Translations under genes and position numbers: made by a program | NCBI GenBank assembly: GCA_016840035.1 | Contig: JAEOTC010000251.1 | Location: forward strand, 1-15,634 | Length of the DNA stretch: 15,634 nt | From: Candidatus Hodarchaeota archaeon | GTDB lineage: Archaea > Asgardarchaeota > Heimdallarchaeia > Hodarchaeales > Hodarchaeaceae | Reading direction: 5' to 3' | Shown: positions 14,858 to 15,634 of the stretch, in pieces | How the letters are laid out: every line of letters begins with the position of its first letter | Position numbering within the stretch: position 1 is the stretch's first letter | The notes under the pieces: model-generated | Told to the model about the DNA's origin: nothing | Seen by the model: only the letters and a program-made list of their open reading frames with translations | Database searches by the model: none

Positions 14858-15416
14858 TTTCTTTACTATTCCATTTTAATCGTCTAGATCGTACTTTATA
14901 GGATAAAAACCCCTCCTGCATCAATTCTAGAAGAATTTCATCATAAACTTTATCATCTGTTATTTCTTCCTCCTTTAAGGGATATTCCTGAACTAGAAAA
15001 GCTTCAATTTTTTGGTAGGTATCCAATTCTGCTAATTTGTCGTAATTCAGCAGTTTATGTTTAATTTCTTCTAATAAATCTGCCTTTTCTCCATTTTCTT
15101 GTTGGTGGATCAATAACTGACTCATCTGTTGTAGTTTTTGAAGAGTTTCTTGTTGTTGTTGAAATAATCGATCTCCTAGTAGTTGAAAATCTTCTTTTGT
15201 AGCAGTATCGGTGATTATGGGTGCGTCTCCAATTTCCCAAAGCTCAGGACGTTTTAGGTACTTACGTACACCTTGTATAAGTAGCTCTGTTTTGTTTCCT
15301 CTGGTCAAAATCTTAGCAGCTTTCTCTAAGTCAGCTTTATCCTCTTTTAAGAGACGATAAGAGAATACTATGCCTTTTCCTTCCCCTTCTGATTCGTTTT
15401 CATCATTTTCCGTCAA
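14847..15416 (-). CDS. Ribbon-helix-helix DNA-binding protein with a coiled coil and a C-terminal wHTH-like region
   Basis: IVFSYRLLKEDKADLEKAAKILTRGNKTELLIQGVRKYL fits a CopG-like RHH. It has a Gln-rich coil and a tail reading ILLELMQEGFLSY. TTG start with an AGGAG RBS, and an 11-nt overlap with the recombinase start. Confidence 0.7.
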   Translation of the reverse strand: MTENDENESEGEGKGIVFSYRLLKEDKADLEKAAKILTRGNKTELLIQGVRKYLKRPELWEIGDAPIITDTATKEDFQLLGDRLFQQQQETLQKLQQMSQLLIHQQENGEKADLLEEIKHKLLNYDKLAELDTYQKIEAFLVQEYPLKEEEITDDKVYDEILLELMQEGFLSYKVRSRRLKWNSKENES

Positions 15417-15634
15417 TTCTTAACCGCTCCTTAGAATTTATTGGTCAAGCTTGACTGGACTTTTCACATTTATAAATGTATATTTTTTTGCTTTACATTA
15501 TGGGTATAACAAAAATTTTGCGAAATCAAAGTTTTGATAATTCCTTTTTTAACCATCGGAAATACAAAAAGAATCCACAAAGAAAGAAGGAGAAAAAAAG
15601 GAAAGGAGAGGCATTTTATCCTAGTTGGTAGAGT

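Overview
AT-rich, archaeal-looking DNA (TATA boxes about 25 nt before starts, GGAGG/GGTGA ribosome-binding sites, oligo-T terminators, MCM-type winged-helix tails). An Asgard/Heimdallarchaeia-type host is a guess only. The left end is a chromosomal FtsX/MacB-type ABC permease gene (1-2573, minus strand, missed by the ORF track) followed by a phospholipase-D-like remnant. Next is a ~10.5 kb plasmid-like integrated element bounded by two 87-bp direct repeats (3233-3319 and 13672-13758, 79/87 identical). It carries a divergent repressor/zinc-ribbon switch with tandem operators, a primase-C-terminal-like Rep candidate, an iteron-type origin, a UvrD helicase with two MCM-like winged helices, and a three-gene cargo operon (Panacea/UPF0175-like antitoxin, PIN nuclease, degenerate TGT-fold protein). 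The only recombinase, an intact tyrosine recombinase coupled to an RHH regulator, lies outside the repeats. The repeats are built from TGCA-N6-TGCA cores spaced exactly 70 bp apart, and these form a small array of related units just downstream of the recombinase. This suggests a recombinase-linked landing pad where elements stack in tandem. All protein family calls come from motif recognition by eye, not database searches.
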